A stretch of 60,898 nt of DNA, filler included, from Sphacelaria rigidula (taxonomy: Eukaryota): assembly GCA_964200075.2 (NCBI GenBank). It is 9 parts of 9 records of this genome, joined end to end, with 100 filler letters (N's around TTAATTAATTAA, not from the genome) between each part and the next. Parts side by side here need not be neighbours in the genome. Positions count along the whole stretch, not along the records: positions 33,891 to 40,567 come from CAXNAA020018683.1; positions 40,668 to 47,344 come from CAXNAA020018684.1; positions 47,445 to 54,121 come from CAXNAA020018685.1; 6 more parts are not named here. One strand, written 5' to 3'. Both the position numbers and the translations under genes were made by a program. Each line of letters starts with the position of its first letter. The stretch's first letter is position 1. Below are positions 39,121 to 52,982 of the stretch, piece by piece. Below the pieces are notes generated by a model. That model saw nothing but the letters and a program-made list of their open reading frames with translations, had not been told where the DNA came from and did no database searches.

Positions 39121-39169
39121 TTCTGCGCACGAATTACACCCGTGCTGTGCCTTCTCCAACTTTCCGTAA

Positions 39170-39760
39170 AACAAAAATTATAAAAGTACGAGCACGGCGC
39201 CCAAAGTAGCGGCGGTGCTATAGAATTTCCAATTTCTTCACCAACTTCACATTCCCCCCCAGTTCTCCTCCATGTCCCAGCCTTGGTACGACCACGTTCA
39301 TCAGGATACATATCTTAATTCTAGTGTCTAGACGCGGGTCTCTGAGGACCATGTCCATCCTGCCTATCTGTGCTTATGTATACTGGCCTACGACCAGCGG
39401 TTCCTCTTCTCCCCACTTCCACTTGAACTTTACCGGATTATTATCTTCGTTACAAACGAGTACCACGCATTTGTCAACGTTCGCGGTCGCTCTCCATTTC
39501 GTAGCGTATGCTAGAGCCCTGTCCATTTGTTACTGCGATTCTTCTGGTGTTCCTGAAATCCCTACGAAATCATCGGCGAACATCAAACCTGACATTACAT
39601 CTTTACCCCCCTTGACTCCTTGCTATTCTGCTTCTGTTGCAATTATCAGGTCGTGAATGAATACCTTGAATAGAGTGGGTGATAACGTACATCCTTGTGC
39701 AACTCCTCGTGGAACATTGAAACATATCGATATTTCCCCGTTTAGTATCATGGCACTTTT
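39170..39760 (-). pseudogene. LINE RT fragment
   Basis: Minus strand encodes GVAQGCTLSPTLFKVFIHDL and MSGLMFADDFVG. Confidence 0.85.
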
Positions 39761-41561
39761 CCTTTGAGGCCCTAGGCCGAAAAGGGTCTTACTGGACCGA
39801 AATTCAAAAAGTGAAATCCCTGTCCTATCCGTCCGCTCTCACAACGAAGACCAGAACCACGCATTTTTGTTTTCCGAATGGATTCGAAGCCGCGCTGCGC
39901 GAAATAACCATCCCATCGCTCTTCTATCATCAAACGAGATGCCCTCAACAAGTTTCAGCTTCATCGGTGCTCATGGCGTTGTGTTTCGCTTCTGTCTGTG
40001 AGCGGTCTCAAGAACAGCCCAACTCGACCCCCTTTGACCACGGCTGGTCTTGATTCAACTTCTCAGACTTGACTGTTGCAACTTCAAACGAGACACTTTT
40101 TGAGGTTGGAGGCATCATACGCATCAACCGGCTCTCCGAATCACTTGAAAACCCCTCAAGAAGGTTCAGCTCCATTGCTGCTTTCTTCTTTGTCTTCGCT
40201 TGTGCATGCCGACGCCGTCCGTGGCTGAGATGGGAGGGGGTCTCAAAGTACGTGATTTGATGGATTCGAATTACTCCCCGTGTGTCGACTGTCCACAAAC
40301 GGTGAACGTACGGGCGCTTTTGGTCGCAACGTCCGCGGGCGGTGATGTATCTCGGCTTCCACGGTGACAAATGGAGACTGTACAGGTGCGACCTTGTACT
40401 CCAGAACTGTCTGTGCTTGCAGAGCTGCGCTTCGCACGAGGTTTGACAAGCGGATAAGAAGTGTTGACGCCGTATCCTGGTGCACCTTTATTTTTTTATC
40501 GCGAGAGGGGTTCAGCGATCCCTTTCCCTCGTCGACCGTAGAGTCGAATTTTGTGTACGCACGACCTNNNNNNNNNNNNNNNNNNNNNNNNNNNNNNNNN
40601 NNNNNNNNNNNTTAATTAATTAANNNNNNNNNNNNNNNNNNNNNNNNNNNNNNNNNNNNNNNNNNNNGATTCATTCACTGATTGAGCGCTTTTCACTCTC
40701 AATCGTATCATCTACTCTCAATCTCATGAAAACACTGTTGAGGGCGTTCCGTTGGCGAGGGGCTGCATGAAACCGTCGATTCATCGGTAATACAGCACGA
40801 TTTCTCCGGGAAAAAAACAATACAGTACGGTACGAAACAGTACGACACACCGGGAACATTTTTCCACATCCGGCATTCCATCTAGGCCTCACTCAGATAT
40901 TTCCTCTACTGTAGTGTTTTTGTACCGCAGGTTCTTCGGTTGTAGAGACAAGGGATGCCAGTGCGCGCTAGCGCACTGCACGGCGTTCTGCGCAGCGAAC
41001 TTGTCAGAGCGCCGTGCCAACCGGTGCAGGTAAATAATACAAATCTCCAGTTGCCCGAGAGCTAGGGTCAGGGTTGGGGTTAGGGTTGCCTTAACTTGTG
41101 ATTTGTGTGAGAATTAGGACTCGAGAGGAGACGATACTCTCAAAATAGTTGATAGATCTTGAAAAGATAGAGGAGAAGCGGTTTTGAAATGTACTGTACG
41201 CATGCATCTGTTTTACAGACGCTGGTTCAAGATCACTACTCGCTGAACATTATCGTCTAGTGAAGCCAAATAGCGTCGAAAAGCACCTCCAGCGGGGCCC
41301 TCCAGGGGCATCTCCGGTAGGCCCCTTCACCAGCCGGGGGGGGGGCGATGGTCACGGGTGCGCCGCGACCACGCGACTTCCCCACCATCGGTGTAATGAC
41401 GCAATCCAGTGCACTGACTACATCAGTACCCAACCCTCCGGCATTGATGTTTCGACAAACCAGCATGAAAATGGGGCAAAATTAATGCTTGCCAGTTAGC
41501 TTCACTCCGCAAGTGTTTTCATGCGTAATGTGCGGAAATCTACTAGTATAGCGGTACAGTA

Positions 41562-41635
41562 TCTCAAACCCGAGGTTCCCGGTATATTTTCACACTAGTT
41601 TACTGTTAAATATACCGGGAACCTCAAGTTTGAGA
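41562..41635. repeat. Short hairpin / miniature inverted repeat
   Basis: tctcaaacccgaggttcccggtatattt / aaatataccgggaacctcaagtttgaga. Confidence 0.8.
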
Positions 41636-42664
41636 CACCTCTGCTGACCCGTTATCTCAAAACGAGCCCCCTTCCACGCCATCCTCGCCTTCTGGTAGTG
41701 GATTGCGGTTTCATCCGTGGAGCAATTCGTACCTCTTCCTTTTGGGTATGCCTCTCATTGGCATCGGATCGGTTTCGCCCAGTTCGATGCCAAACTAACG
41801 GTTTGATGCCGGACGGCTACAGTATCGTGCCGGCGTTTTTTGGCTCGCACTTTTCGGTACTATACCGGGGCACTTGCGCCTTGGCAGGGGACCTACATTT
41901 TGTGCCATGTTTTGACGCTGCTCGGGTTGTTTGCCCTAGGGGCAGCGTTTCACCTCGAATGGTGCACCAGCCTGTGCGTCCACTTGCCGTGCTTGCAGTC
42001 GAGCGTAGTGTTTCAGTCTGTTCCACGTTTTTTTTTCTGCCAATCACTAAACTGCGTGTTACTTTGCCCTTGCAGCGTTTCGGATAGGCCGCAGACCGTT
42101 GATGCGGCATTTTGGCCCGGGAGGCGCCCCCGGAGGCTCGCCGGAGGCAGTTCTGGGGGTATATTCGTATTTACACTATTCACCATTTTCACCGAATTCA
42201 GAATAAAATGAGCGCGTTTCGGGGGTTGTCAGCCACTGGAATATTTATCTCGCCTTCGACAAGAACCCAAATTTGTTTTTCGCCTGCGTTGAAATATGTG
42301 CGCCCATTTTTTTTGTTGCCGCAACAGACAAGTTCGCGGGTGTTGCGCTATCCCAGATTTCAGGTTTCCAAAGGATATCCCATAATATATTATATATTGT
42401 CGTCCCATTGTTGTAAAAAAAAAATGACCATGAAGAACAGCTCTGTTGTCGTTGTTGTCGTCCCATCTATTACCACTCTACAAACTTCAAATGTTGCGGG
42501 GAACGCAATATTATATACAAGGGCAACAGGAACGAGTCGTATCTGAAACTTGAGGCCACAACAGTGGTATAATAGTGCAGTAGACGGAAATAATAACATA
42601 CTGTATCTGAAACGAACAAAAATCACAAAAGATCACAGAGTAGCAAGTATGCAATGCAGCCCAC

Positions 42665-42919
42665 CTTCACCCCTGCACCCCCAACATCATCACTGGGTCG
42701 TGGTCGCTTCGCCGCGCGCGGGGACGGCGTCGCCTCATCCCCCGCCTCTGGCAGCGGCGGCGTTGTCGGTACTGCGGCAGTTGCACCTGCTGCTTCGGGC
42801 GGAAACCATAGAGACTTCCCCGTTTGAGTGTCGAAGAAATAGCTGGCGCCGGGGTACTTAGAAGACTCGCACTTCACCCATCCCGGCGGTAGTCTTTTAC
42901 CTTCATGCACAGTGCTCAT
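42665..42919 (-). CDS. First coding exon of a WW-domain protein (N-terminal WW plus linker; Pin1/parvulin-type is plausible but the PPIase exons were not found)
   Basis: MSTVHEGKRLPPGWVKCESSKYPGASYFFDTQTGKSLWFPP matches the WW pattern (LPxGW..YFF...T..S.W..P). 255 nt, ending AAG|GTGGG at a phase-0 donor. Confidence 0.85.
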
Positions 42920-44218
42920 CGTGCTTTGCAAACAGCCGTACAACTTGCAACGGTACGCGGGACAACAAGCAGTACAACAGTAGTACAGCACAGCTGTAGA
43001 ACAGACAGAAGATCTGTGATACTTCGAACGTTTGATGGTCCACTGGGACCTGCTCTTATCTATTGCGCTTGCTTCACTTCACCTTTGATCGACACTTGAA
43101 GGCTAGATGAGAGGCTATCAACAAATCAGTATCAACGACAGAGCAGAAGCCGGTTTAGCCTGGTCATGAGCACAGGGCGGCTCAGCACGCCTAGATCATC
43201 ACATTGGACCATCCCGTACCTGCGCGTGCCGTCGGTCAATCAGCGCACAGGAGTGCCGTACAGAGCTCGAGGAGCTAGGTGCTACCTGTAAGAAGGCCTA
43301 GGAAAGGCGACCCATACGAGAGCAACGAAAAGGTGAAGGCGGTGCACCGTGTGCTAAGTCTTTGCCAAGTTGTGGGGAGGCATTGATTTCTTGAGCGGGG
43401 TTGCCCAATTTTAGGAACAAAGATGTATCTTTCCCCAGTCATTTCCGACCATTACACTGTTGCTGCTGTCAATTGTTTGCCAGAACAGCAGTTGTACAAC
43501 AGTACGGGTACTGAATCCCTGCCTGTGGCGCTTCGGTGGATGTGTTGCGCGGCCAGAATCGTATGGAAAGGTTGAAAACTGATGAAGTGCTAGATGGTCG
43601 TGGGCAATTGGGTATCCTTCAGAAACTTACCAAGGTACTAACAACATATATGTTGTTGTCCGTACTGTTGTTTACTGTGCTTCATATGTGTATAGTATTG
43701 CGGGACGGGACAGGACAAGGTCAACACCCCCCCCCCCCCCCCCCCACCCCTCTAGGCGCATGTATTAACTACCTATTTTACTTGACAGACATCGTTAGGG
43801 AATGTTCCTGATTAATAAGATCTCGGAATAATATTTATATGTTCGCGGAACCGTGGTGGTGTTTGGCACCTGTATATTTTTTGTTCCTTAGGGTTGACCG
43901 GGATGGGGGTGTTATTCACCGTAATAGCATACAGTACATTTACGACGTCGTGAATTAATTGTGAATCCCGTCGTTGGTACACATGCTGGAGTTGTCCCAA
44001 GCTCTGTGGTACCGTGCAATAGCGTAAATAAGCTGCCGGATGCTTCTGCGCCATGAGTACATGCATTCAAGTGATGAATATAATCCCGTCAGTACACTCA
44101 CCATCTGAGACCGCAGCGACAGAACTACCCGAAGGCACCCTGCGAGTATCTGGAATTAACAGAGAATATGGCTCATCTGAGGTCTCACCTGTACTCATAT
44201 GTCGTATACTTGTACAAG

Positions 44219-44420
44219 TGTTGTTGTTATTGTTGTCATTGTTGTTGTCTTCACATGAAAAACCGTTCCGATATCTGCGCAATACGCTGTACTGGGCATC
44301 TGATGCGGATGCCTTCTGTGGTCACAGGTTAACTACCCAAAGCTAGGGTAAAAGAAAATTCATAAAATATGAATCGGACCCAGAAAAAAATCACACAGAC
44401 GCGATACAAAAGAAATAAAA
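44219..44420 (-). mobile_element. Retroposon with (CAA)n-type tail; second copy at 52543-52740
   Basis: gttgttgtcttcacat..aaaaaccgttccgatatctgcgc..tgggcatctgatgcgga is present in both copies. Confidence 0.75.
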
Positions 44421-44912
44421 ATACTAAAATAGAATAAAAAAGAAAAAAAGGGGAAGGAAAAAGGACTGGTGCTAGCCCTCTAAGTTCCGATGCCACATGC
44501 GAGTGTATCTACTGCAAGTGTCTCCAGCTCCATATCCAATACTTGATTAATGTATTACTTTGGCACGTGTCAGTACCCCTACGCAGAGCATTATATCGCT
44601 GCTGTACTGTACAAACCATCACTATGAGGGTATGTATCATCGAAGACAAGGGTACATTTTACTGTACCGTACTGACATGGAGAGAGAGAGCGAGGGGTCA
44701 CTTCTCATGGGACCAAAAGTACATGAGAAAAAAAACATCTTCTGGCGCCGCTTCTTGTCCTAAAATACGAAAAAAAAACAGATTTCTTGAACACCGTTTC
44801 TTGTGGGGCATTGTTTCTGTGAGATCTGGTTTTGAACACGTTTTTTTTCTCAACCAATCGTTCGAAAAATGCCCCCAATTTTCGGACTGAATCAGAGTTG
44901 TTGAAGGAACCA

Positions 44913-45235
44913 CAGGCACCGTAGGTGAGGTAGGTACCCGGTATCGGTAGTTGGGACATTTCATACCCTACCGATACAGGTCCGATCGAGTATTTTCAAA
45001 TATCATACCTACGATACCCACGATACCACGGTATTTCGAGATGTCAATACCTACCGTACCCGCTCGACCAGGTATTTTCAAAACTCATACCTATGATACC
45101 TACGATACCACGGTATTTCGAGATGTCAATACCTACTGTACCCGCTCAATCGGGTATTTTCAAAACTCATACCTACGATACCCAACCATACCACGGTACG
45201 GGATACCCCGGTAAATATCGGGGATATACCCGGTA
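44913..45235. mobile_element. DNA-transposon-like repeat with 82-bp internal tandem units (acctacgatac motifs), copy 1
   Basis: Left end caggcaccgtaggtgaggta is the inverse of the right end at 46633-46652. Body matches 46235-46620. Confidence 0.7.
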
Positions 45236-46227
45236 AACGCCAGACGCGATGTACTCCCCACGGTGCAGCAGCTGGTCCCAACTTACGCAAAGGCCAGAAG
45301 TTGTCGGAGCAGGTACACGTCTTTTTTTCACAAGTAGTATATACCCAGCTTCCCCCTGATTTTCGTGTTCGGATCAATTCGAATTAAGTTATTATTATGT
45401 ACTCTGACGTGCGATCGTTTTTTTCCTCAATCTGATAGGTCCGGCACATTTCTGTTCTTGGAAGGCTTCAACTCAAACTTGTAATTAGTGGCGCGCGGAG
45501 AAAAACTAAAAAAAATCACACCAAGCTTTTTCGATCAAAAACATGCGGTCGAAAGGCACGGAGCAGCACTTGACTCCTATCATATAGACCTCCACGCCAG
45601 ATAACACCCGTTCACAAAACCATGCTAACCCCATCCAACACATTCTCAGCTAAACCCTGCAGCATCGAGTACGAGTTGAGCACAGGGATAGATACCCCGC
45701 AGTAATTGGGTATGCTTTCGTTATTTTTTCTTGGCGAAAGTTTGTGCATCTTCTTTCGTGGTAGGATGAGCGACGGAACTGCGTGGTACTGTGGGCAACC
45801 GATTTGCGTACACGCTCATGGACAGTGCAGGCAGTACAAAGCTGGACGTTGTTGAAGTCCCTTTCACGTTGCATTGCAAGCAGAGAGAACTGATAGTCCT
45901 GGGCCGTCTGCACTGAACGTTGTCCGCCTCTCTTTAAAACCCTACTGTATGAAACACACATACACACACACACACTCAAGACACTGCTTGCAAGCAGTGC
46001 AGTCAGTACAGAATGTATGTACTGTACACCAATGATCATGTACCGTTTCACTAATTTCACTTTTTTTTTCCAATCGAAAGCTTGAAATTCGCTTGGACCC
46101 AACGCGACAACAATGAGCGATCGTCGCTCAGATCAATCCCATCGACCCATTTTTCCGATCAAAGAAAAAGTGCTGAGACACACCCTGAAACGCTTCTTCG
46201 CACTGCCGGATGACAGTTCTGAAACCG

Positions 46228-46652
46228 GTATAGAGGGTAAGGTAGGTACCCGGTACTGGTATTTGGGACATTTCATACCCTACCGATACCGACCAAATCG
46301 GGTATTTTCAAATGTCATACCTACGATACCTACGATACCACGGTATTTCGAGATACCAGTACCTACCGTACCTGCCCAATCGGGTATTTTCAAAACTCAT
46401 ACCTACGATACCTACGATACCATGGTATTTCGAGATACTAGTAACTACCGTACCCGCTCGGTCGGGTATTTTCGAAACTCATACCTATGATACCTACGAT
46501 ACCACGGTATTTCGATATTTCAATACCTACCGTACCCGCTCGATCGGGTATTTTCGAAACTCATACCTACGATACCCACGCATACCACGGCATGAGATAC
46601 CCCGGTAAATACCGGGAGTACGCTCGGTACGGTACCTTACCTACGGTTCCTG
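46228..46652. mobile_element. Same family, copy 2
   Basis: ggtattttc recurs at 46301, 46383, 46465 and 46547 (82-bp period). Ends taccttacctacggttcctg. Confidence 0.75.
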
Positions 46653-48929
46653 TAGAAGGAAGGATGTAGCCAAAGACGCCTCCGCGCGGCGGGTTGGTAA
46701 TATGAAGTCTGGAAACAATCTGCATGGTCTAACGGGGAGCTCACAGCAGTTGTGCACCGGCTTCACGACAACATGGGGCGACCCTGATGAATAAGATGGC
46801 CGTTGCTAACAAGTTCACATTTTTGATGGCAGGGAATCATCGGGGGCTGATGGTGACGGTCTTTTAACCACGAATTGCCGGTGACTTCGACCTTGCCTCC
46901 GATTCTCCTCGCAATGTAGTGCCTCATGCTTATGCCATTCTTCCTCTGCGCAACACAAGGAATGTTCTATGTCTTGCCTTTCTACCCTGTTCGCGTGTAA
47001 TCTACAAGTCTGTTGTCCATGACCAAGTACAACCAAGTACAACCCCGCCTCCGAAAAGTCGCGCCTGGCACTCGGCGTGCGAAACATGAGCACCATGATG
47101 AGAGCCGGCCCTTAAAAAAATATCTGAGGGAAAAAATGTGCACGAGCTGGGCCGGCTAATAGTAATTTTTGAACGAAGAGTGGAAATGCCATCGGTAATT
47201 CGAAGAGTTAGGCGCTGAAGTTTTGACACGAATTTTTTTCATCATCAACACGCGCAACCCTATTGGCAGTGCAGAGGGAAAAAAAGGGGGGGGGGGGGGG
47301 GTACTCATTTGTGGCTTGCCTTGAGTTTTTGACCATTGAAAAAANNNNNNNNNNNNNNNNNNNNNNNNNNNNNNNNNNNNNNNNNNNNTTAATTAATTAA
47401 NNNNNNNNNNNNNNNNNNNNNNNNNNNNNNNNNNNNNNNNNNNNCGATTTACGCGAAGATTTTGCCTCCCAAAACCATGCACTTTTTGGGGGGGGGCTAT
47501 CGTAGAATGTGTCATATATATATATATATTATATATTATTATATATATACCCCCTTTTATTATCCCTTCTTGTTCCACTTCAACTGTTTGTGCAATTTGT
47601 TCATGCCATGATTTTTTTATTTGACGATGTTTTGACGTAGATATGGCCGAGGAGCTAAGAACAATGTGCCCGGTACTACAATGGACCAGTTTTAGTTCCG
47701 GTTGCTGTTCGCGTACGTCCTGTTTTTTCACATACCTAAGACACATAAATACACTTAGGTACACTTCTAGGGCTTATTATCAATGGATGAAAACTTGTCG
47801 CATTCCCCGTATTGATTTTTCCCGTTCTTCTTGAGCCTCAACCGAAAATTCAAAGCAGCTACTCGCAAACTGGAGCGCTCTTGACCCCGTGACGCTCACG
47901 TACGCACATCATGGATGATGACCACGGACGTCACGAGTCAGTTTGGAGAGATACACCTGTGCTTTACGTGCAAGTTTTCTATTGCAATTTATGGACCACA
48001 TATTGTCCAGGATGTGAGGGGTTTACAGAAAGACCTTGATTTTGCACGTGGTCGCACCAACCGCCGAACCTCTTCCAGACGTAATCAGTTGACCCGGGAC
48101 CATCACAGTACCCGTATCACAAAACGCGGCGTAACCCTGGTGGGGTGGTTTTTCACTGTGGAATAACCGGAGATCGATGAAAAGTTATACAACAGTCAGT
48201 GTGACAGGAAATTTTTTGAGATTTGGTAGTTCTACGCTACATCTCCCAGCCGTACACTAGCATCACTGATGTCATGCACTGGCGGGTTGGGCGACGCTGG
48301 CGTATGACCGGAGAGAGATCTGGTGCACAACGATGGCCGCGCGAGCTCGAGATGTTTCTGACTGTGAACAAAGCTGAGATATATCGTATGACAGTTCCAA
48401 GGGCAGATTGAGGAGAGTACACTGAATTACGGAGTATTTTGAAAGTCGTACTTGAAGTACACAAACTGGGGGTAGGGTTTTAGGGATCACTTCCCAGTTA
48501 TTTTTGGGTACTACTCTTAACAATCTAACATAATTTGAGTACCTCAAGTACGTCTTTCAAAATACCCCGCAATTGAGTATACCCTACTCGACCTGCCCTT
48601 GGACAGTTCTAATCTGGTCGTTGTTGGTACAAGTCTGTTTATTTGCAACACTGAGCACCGAGGACACGAAACACATATTGCTGGAGCGTTTTTTTCGAAA
48701 ACACTGTCCATGAGCTTGCCACGGTTCGAGAACACCCGATTCCGGACAAGCACGACGAGGAATCTTGCGCGGTTTGTCGCAAGGTGCTTTCCGCCAGCTG
48801 ATCCTTCCCCGGAGAAGCACGCATTTTTGGCATCCATCAAAGAAACACTGGTAAAAAACAAAAAGGGATGTTGAAAATTTGCTATTTTCAGCGCGTACGC
48901 CACCGTCGATGAATTCAGGCAAAATGTTC

Positions 48930-49496
48930 TAAGGTTGTGCTTTGTAGGGTACGGTTTTCTGTATACCCGGGGTTTTTGCCGGGTATTTACCGTGCCCGAC
49001 AGTTCGGGGACTTATGTAAGAGTTTCATACCGGTACCCGACAGTTCTGTAATCTCTGTAAGACTCCCGTACCGTCACCGGGGGGGCACGGGCTCCCGTAC
49101 CGTCACCGGGGGGGCACGGGTACGCTCTTGGTAAGATGCCCGATTGCGGGTACGGTTTTCTGTGCAACCTCTATACCCTACCCGACAGTTTCTGTGAGTA
49201 TTGTAAACCCCCCGTACCCTTACCCGACAGTTCTGTGAGTTCTGTACAGAATGATTACCCGTGCCCGGAGCGCGGGCATGCCCTTGAAGAAATACCCGAT
49301 TGCCGGTGCCGGCTTTCTGTAAGCCTCCCATACCGTACCCGACAAGTTCTGTAATTTTTGTAAGACTTTCAAACCGGTACGCGACAGTTTTTTAATTTCT
49401 GTGAGACTTTCATACAGGTACCCAATATTTGTGGAAGTTCTGTAAGGAATCTCATACCCTACAGAACATACCCGTACCTTACAGAACACAACCTTG
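48930..49496. mobile_element. hAT-like MITE with tacccg/ttctgt subterminal repeats
   Basis: TIR taaggttgtgctttgtagggtacgg / ccgtaccttacagaacacaaccttg. 8-bp TSD aaatgttc / aaatgtcc. Confidence 0.85.
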
Positions 49497-51114
49497 AAAT
49501 GTCCTCTTCACGTGCCCAGCATGACTGTCGCCTATCCACTCGTAGTGGTGTCTTCGACATTAGCCACATCATATAGCCAGGGGGTGCGTCTGCTTGATCT
49601 GCTACGGCATGACTTTGAAAAAAATAGGGGGCGTTATTGCTGCGGTCGCTGGGGTGCTACCGTCCAGGATGAACGGGTGCCAGAAGTGCAGCTAACAGTG
49701 TCCCATCCTTGCCTGAAGCTCTGGCAGGGGCATGTCCCGGTTCTCTCAGGACTGATTCTAGTTTTGAGCTTGGTGGTTCTTGAGCGAACACTCCCCCGCC
49801 GACGTTAGGACGTCATGCACTGATAGGTAGATATACTAAGGGTCGGATAAATCAATGATTCGTCTGGAAATTACTTGGTTTTAGTGTAATTGATTCGAAT
49901 CGTACNNNNNNNNNNTTTTTCTCCCTTTTGGGCAATCAGGCCGGAGAAATCGTGGGTTTGGCGATTCGCACCCGTGATGATTCGTCCTAACCGTGAAAGA
50001 TATCGCCGACTCTGGGCTGGGTGCTTGTGAACAATAAACGATGCGGCCGAAACGATCGCTGAAAACATTAGCATGAACACTGTGGTTTTGCCGCACATGG
50101 CTCTTGCTGACGAATCCAAGCTCTCTGGGCTTCCCACTTGACTTGAGGTGAACAGTTTTCTTGTGTGATGGACTTGAGACAGTATCACGCCTTTTGTGTT
50201 CATGGGCTGAGACTTACACTCCGTCGATCAGCCTTTCCTTCACACTTAGAAGTCAGCAACAAACTAACACAGTAGTCAGTACTGGTTGGATATGACCGTT
50301 TACTAAAGCTACGTGAAGTACGCTTAGGCGTCTCGGTACTTGGAGGTTTGTCCAAATTCTGACGCGTCGGTTCATTTTTGCCTTGGATGTGATCCCGCCG
50401 AATGTGTGCAGTGGACTGCTAGTGGCCCCTACATCACGTGGATACCTCCCTGTTCGAATAGACTCCGTATAGCAGGAGATTTCTGCAATCGATGTTAGCA
50501 TATAGTGGTATCCAGACCGTAGTTGCTCCGACCATATGGTGGTGGAAGTGTTCAGCGTCCATCCAGCTTGGAATCCCGCGACAATTGTTATCATATACGA
50601 AAAAACGCAGGCGCTTTAAAATTGCATCATCATCCTATTTATTGATGACGTAATGTCACCCCGCTCACACACTGCAATCAAGTTGCCCGCTGTCCGGATT
50701 TCCAATACCTCATCCAAGTCACGAATGATTCTTATCGGAACACTATTTTATACCAAACTCGCACTGAAGAGGAGAAAATCGTCACTCTTCTCTGTCGTGC
50801 CGCAGAACCAGGCCGACAGATGATCCGTGGCGAACGGTCCAGTTTTATGAATACCCATAAAATTTGAAAACCCCATTCTTTGCACGGCACCGATACGACG
50901 CACTGCACCCATGCTCAGTAATCCAGTGTTTTACTGAGAGAGGAGAGCTCAAGCATTGTTCCACGCGAACGACAGACCTTACCCTATAGAGTACAGTATG
51001 GACCTGTGTCTGGTAAGGAGTAGCAGGGACGGTATTGGAAAGGCGAGCCTACGTCTGTGACCACGGGTTCGCGAGATCTGTCTTAAACCGTCACAGATCG
51101 GACTAATGTGCGGA

Positions 51115-51171
<57 letters not shown>
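51115..51171. repeat. (AAT)n microsatellite
   Basis: Direct observation. Confidence 0.98.
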
Positions 51172-51172
<1 letters not shown>

Positions 51173-52884
51173 GACAGTGTATTAGCTCCTTCTCGAGATC
51201 GGACGATCAGCGGTATACTGTACCCCGCAGTCTTCTGGACACCACCGTGAGCGGCAGACGGTTTCATCAAATGTATTGTACAAGAGTAGCACTACAGAGT
51301 ACAGTATGTACAGTGTATTACAATAGTTCCTTTTCCGGGATCGGATGACCAGCGGTGGGGTAGCTCCCTTGCAGCATTGGATGATCAGTGGTACTGTAGG
51401 ACGGCCGCAGCACCGAAGGACGAGAACGTGTACAGTACCTTTATTATCTGTATAACAAACAAAACCGTAGCACAACAAGGCACCACTTTCTCATCGCCAC
51501 ACGGTAAAACACCCACCCCCACGACTCTCTTCTGGGAGTCTCTGTCGGGGGGCGGGGGATAACAAGGGGTAGAGCAGAAAAAACAAACCCGTGCCATGCG
51601 AAAAATAGGACCACTTGTTTCCTGTCTGTTGTACGCAAGCTCTTCATGTGTGGGGACAGACCTGCTCACGCCCTTTCTCACATGCTGTTGAGCCATGCAT
51701 ATGTAATTTCAAACACCATTGTAAAATCAAGACATGTGCGGACAAACATATATGTCCCCCTTCCCGTCCGTGCTCTTCCCTTCACATGCAGAGTGTTCAT
51801 GTTTACTGCACAGTACGTCTATGTACAGTCGCTGCTGCACTACGGTACGGCAGTACTCATATATACCGTCTGAGTTGTAGCTTATCTTCGCCTTCATGTC
51901 CAGCTGCCAACAACACGGCACAGCGACAGGAAAATGGTTAATTCTGATGGGTTCATTCTAACAGAATTTTCCCGACACCATCTGCGCCCTCCATTTCCAA
52001 GCATTCACTTCACACCATCCCAGATACGAATCGTATTAAAAATTGGAAATACCTACCGTATCCGACCCACATTTTAACGCTACACCCGCGACAGACCACT
52101 TCACAGCTATGCTGCATTGTACCTAGATACCGCCATGTTCGCCACGCCATCTCTATGGCACTCCTCTGTTTGAAAGAGCATGAAGCACGTGCCACCCGCG
52201 GGGCGAGTTCTCTGTTGTTTGGGCATAATATCACTCGAAAAATGATTGCAAGACCCAGGTCATCCACTCTGGCGATCGAAATGAGAAATTCTGAAGCTGG
52301 CGGCAGAAAGGGGTCACCCTCTCCGGAGGTTTGATCTGTGATAAAATCTGATCCTTAAGTAATATCCATGGAGAAAAGGGAAGGACCGCAGCGCGGGAGG
52401 GGGAAAGAGAATAAGACACTGCATGCAGTGTATTGTACAGCGTTGTATTGTCCTGTGTATTTTAGCTGGGCTTCGGTCTGTGTGTACCGCCCTGTCTGTA
52501 CGACATCTTTCATTTTGCTTAAGAGACGACGCCACGGCGATCATGTTGTTGTTGTTGTTGTTGTTGTTGTGTTGTTGTCTTCACATTTAAAAACCGTTCC
52601 GATATCTGCGCGGTACACTCGTATTGGGCATCTGATGCGGACGCCTTCCGTGTTCACAGGCTGGCGAAAAACCAAATAACAAAATAGACCCAGATTAAAA
52701 ATCACAACACGCGATACAAACAAAACAGGGATAAATATGTAAGAAGAAAGAGAGTACATATGGCTAACCTCAGAAGATCTGGTGCCGCAGGTGGCCATTC
52801 GGACTTCAGGGGGTGGCACCCGGCTTTCCAGCTCGACGCGCGACGCCAAGTAGAAATGAACACCAATGGACGCAACACGATTAA

Positions 52885-52982
52885 CCCTTAGGCCGTGATG
52901 CGGGTAGCCCATCTGGATCCCACATATTTTCAAGTAAAATTGATGCCGATTCAGCAGGTTACCTACCGTCGCCGTCAAGGCG
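52885..52982. mobile_element. 98-bp TTAA-flanked MITE, relative of 11278-11375
   Basis: ttaa|ccctt..tctggatc..aaattgatgccgatt..aaggcg|ttaa. Confidence 0.65.

Noticed and set aside
39760..40567. Coding-looking minus-strand stretch (possible transposase remnant)
   Set aside because: Multiple stops and no motif I can recognise; cannot be assigned without a search.
44940..46620. 82-bp periodic repeats and their ORFs (IPTIPTIPRYFE...)
   Set aside because: Internal repeats of a non-autonomous DNA element; the ORFs are by-products of the repeat.
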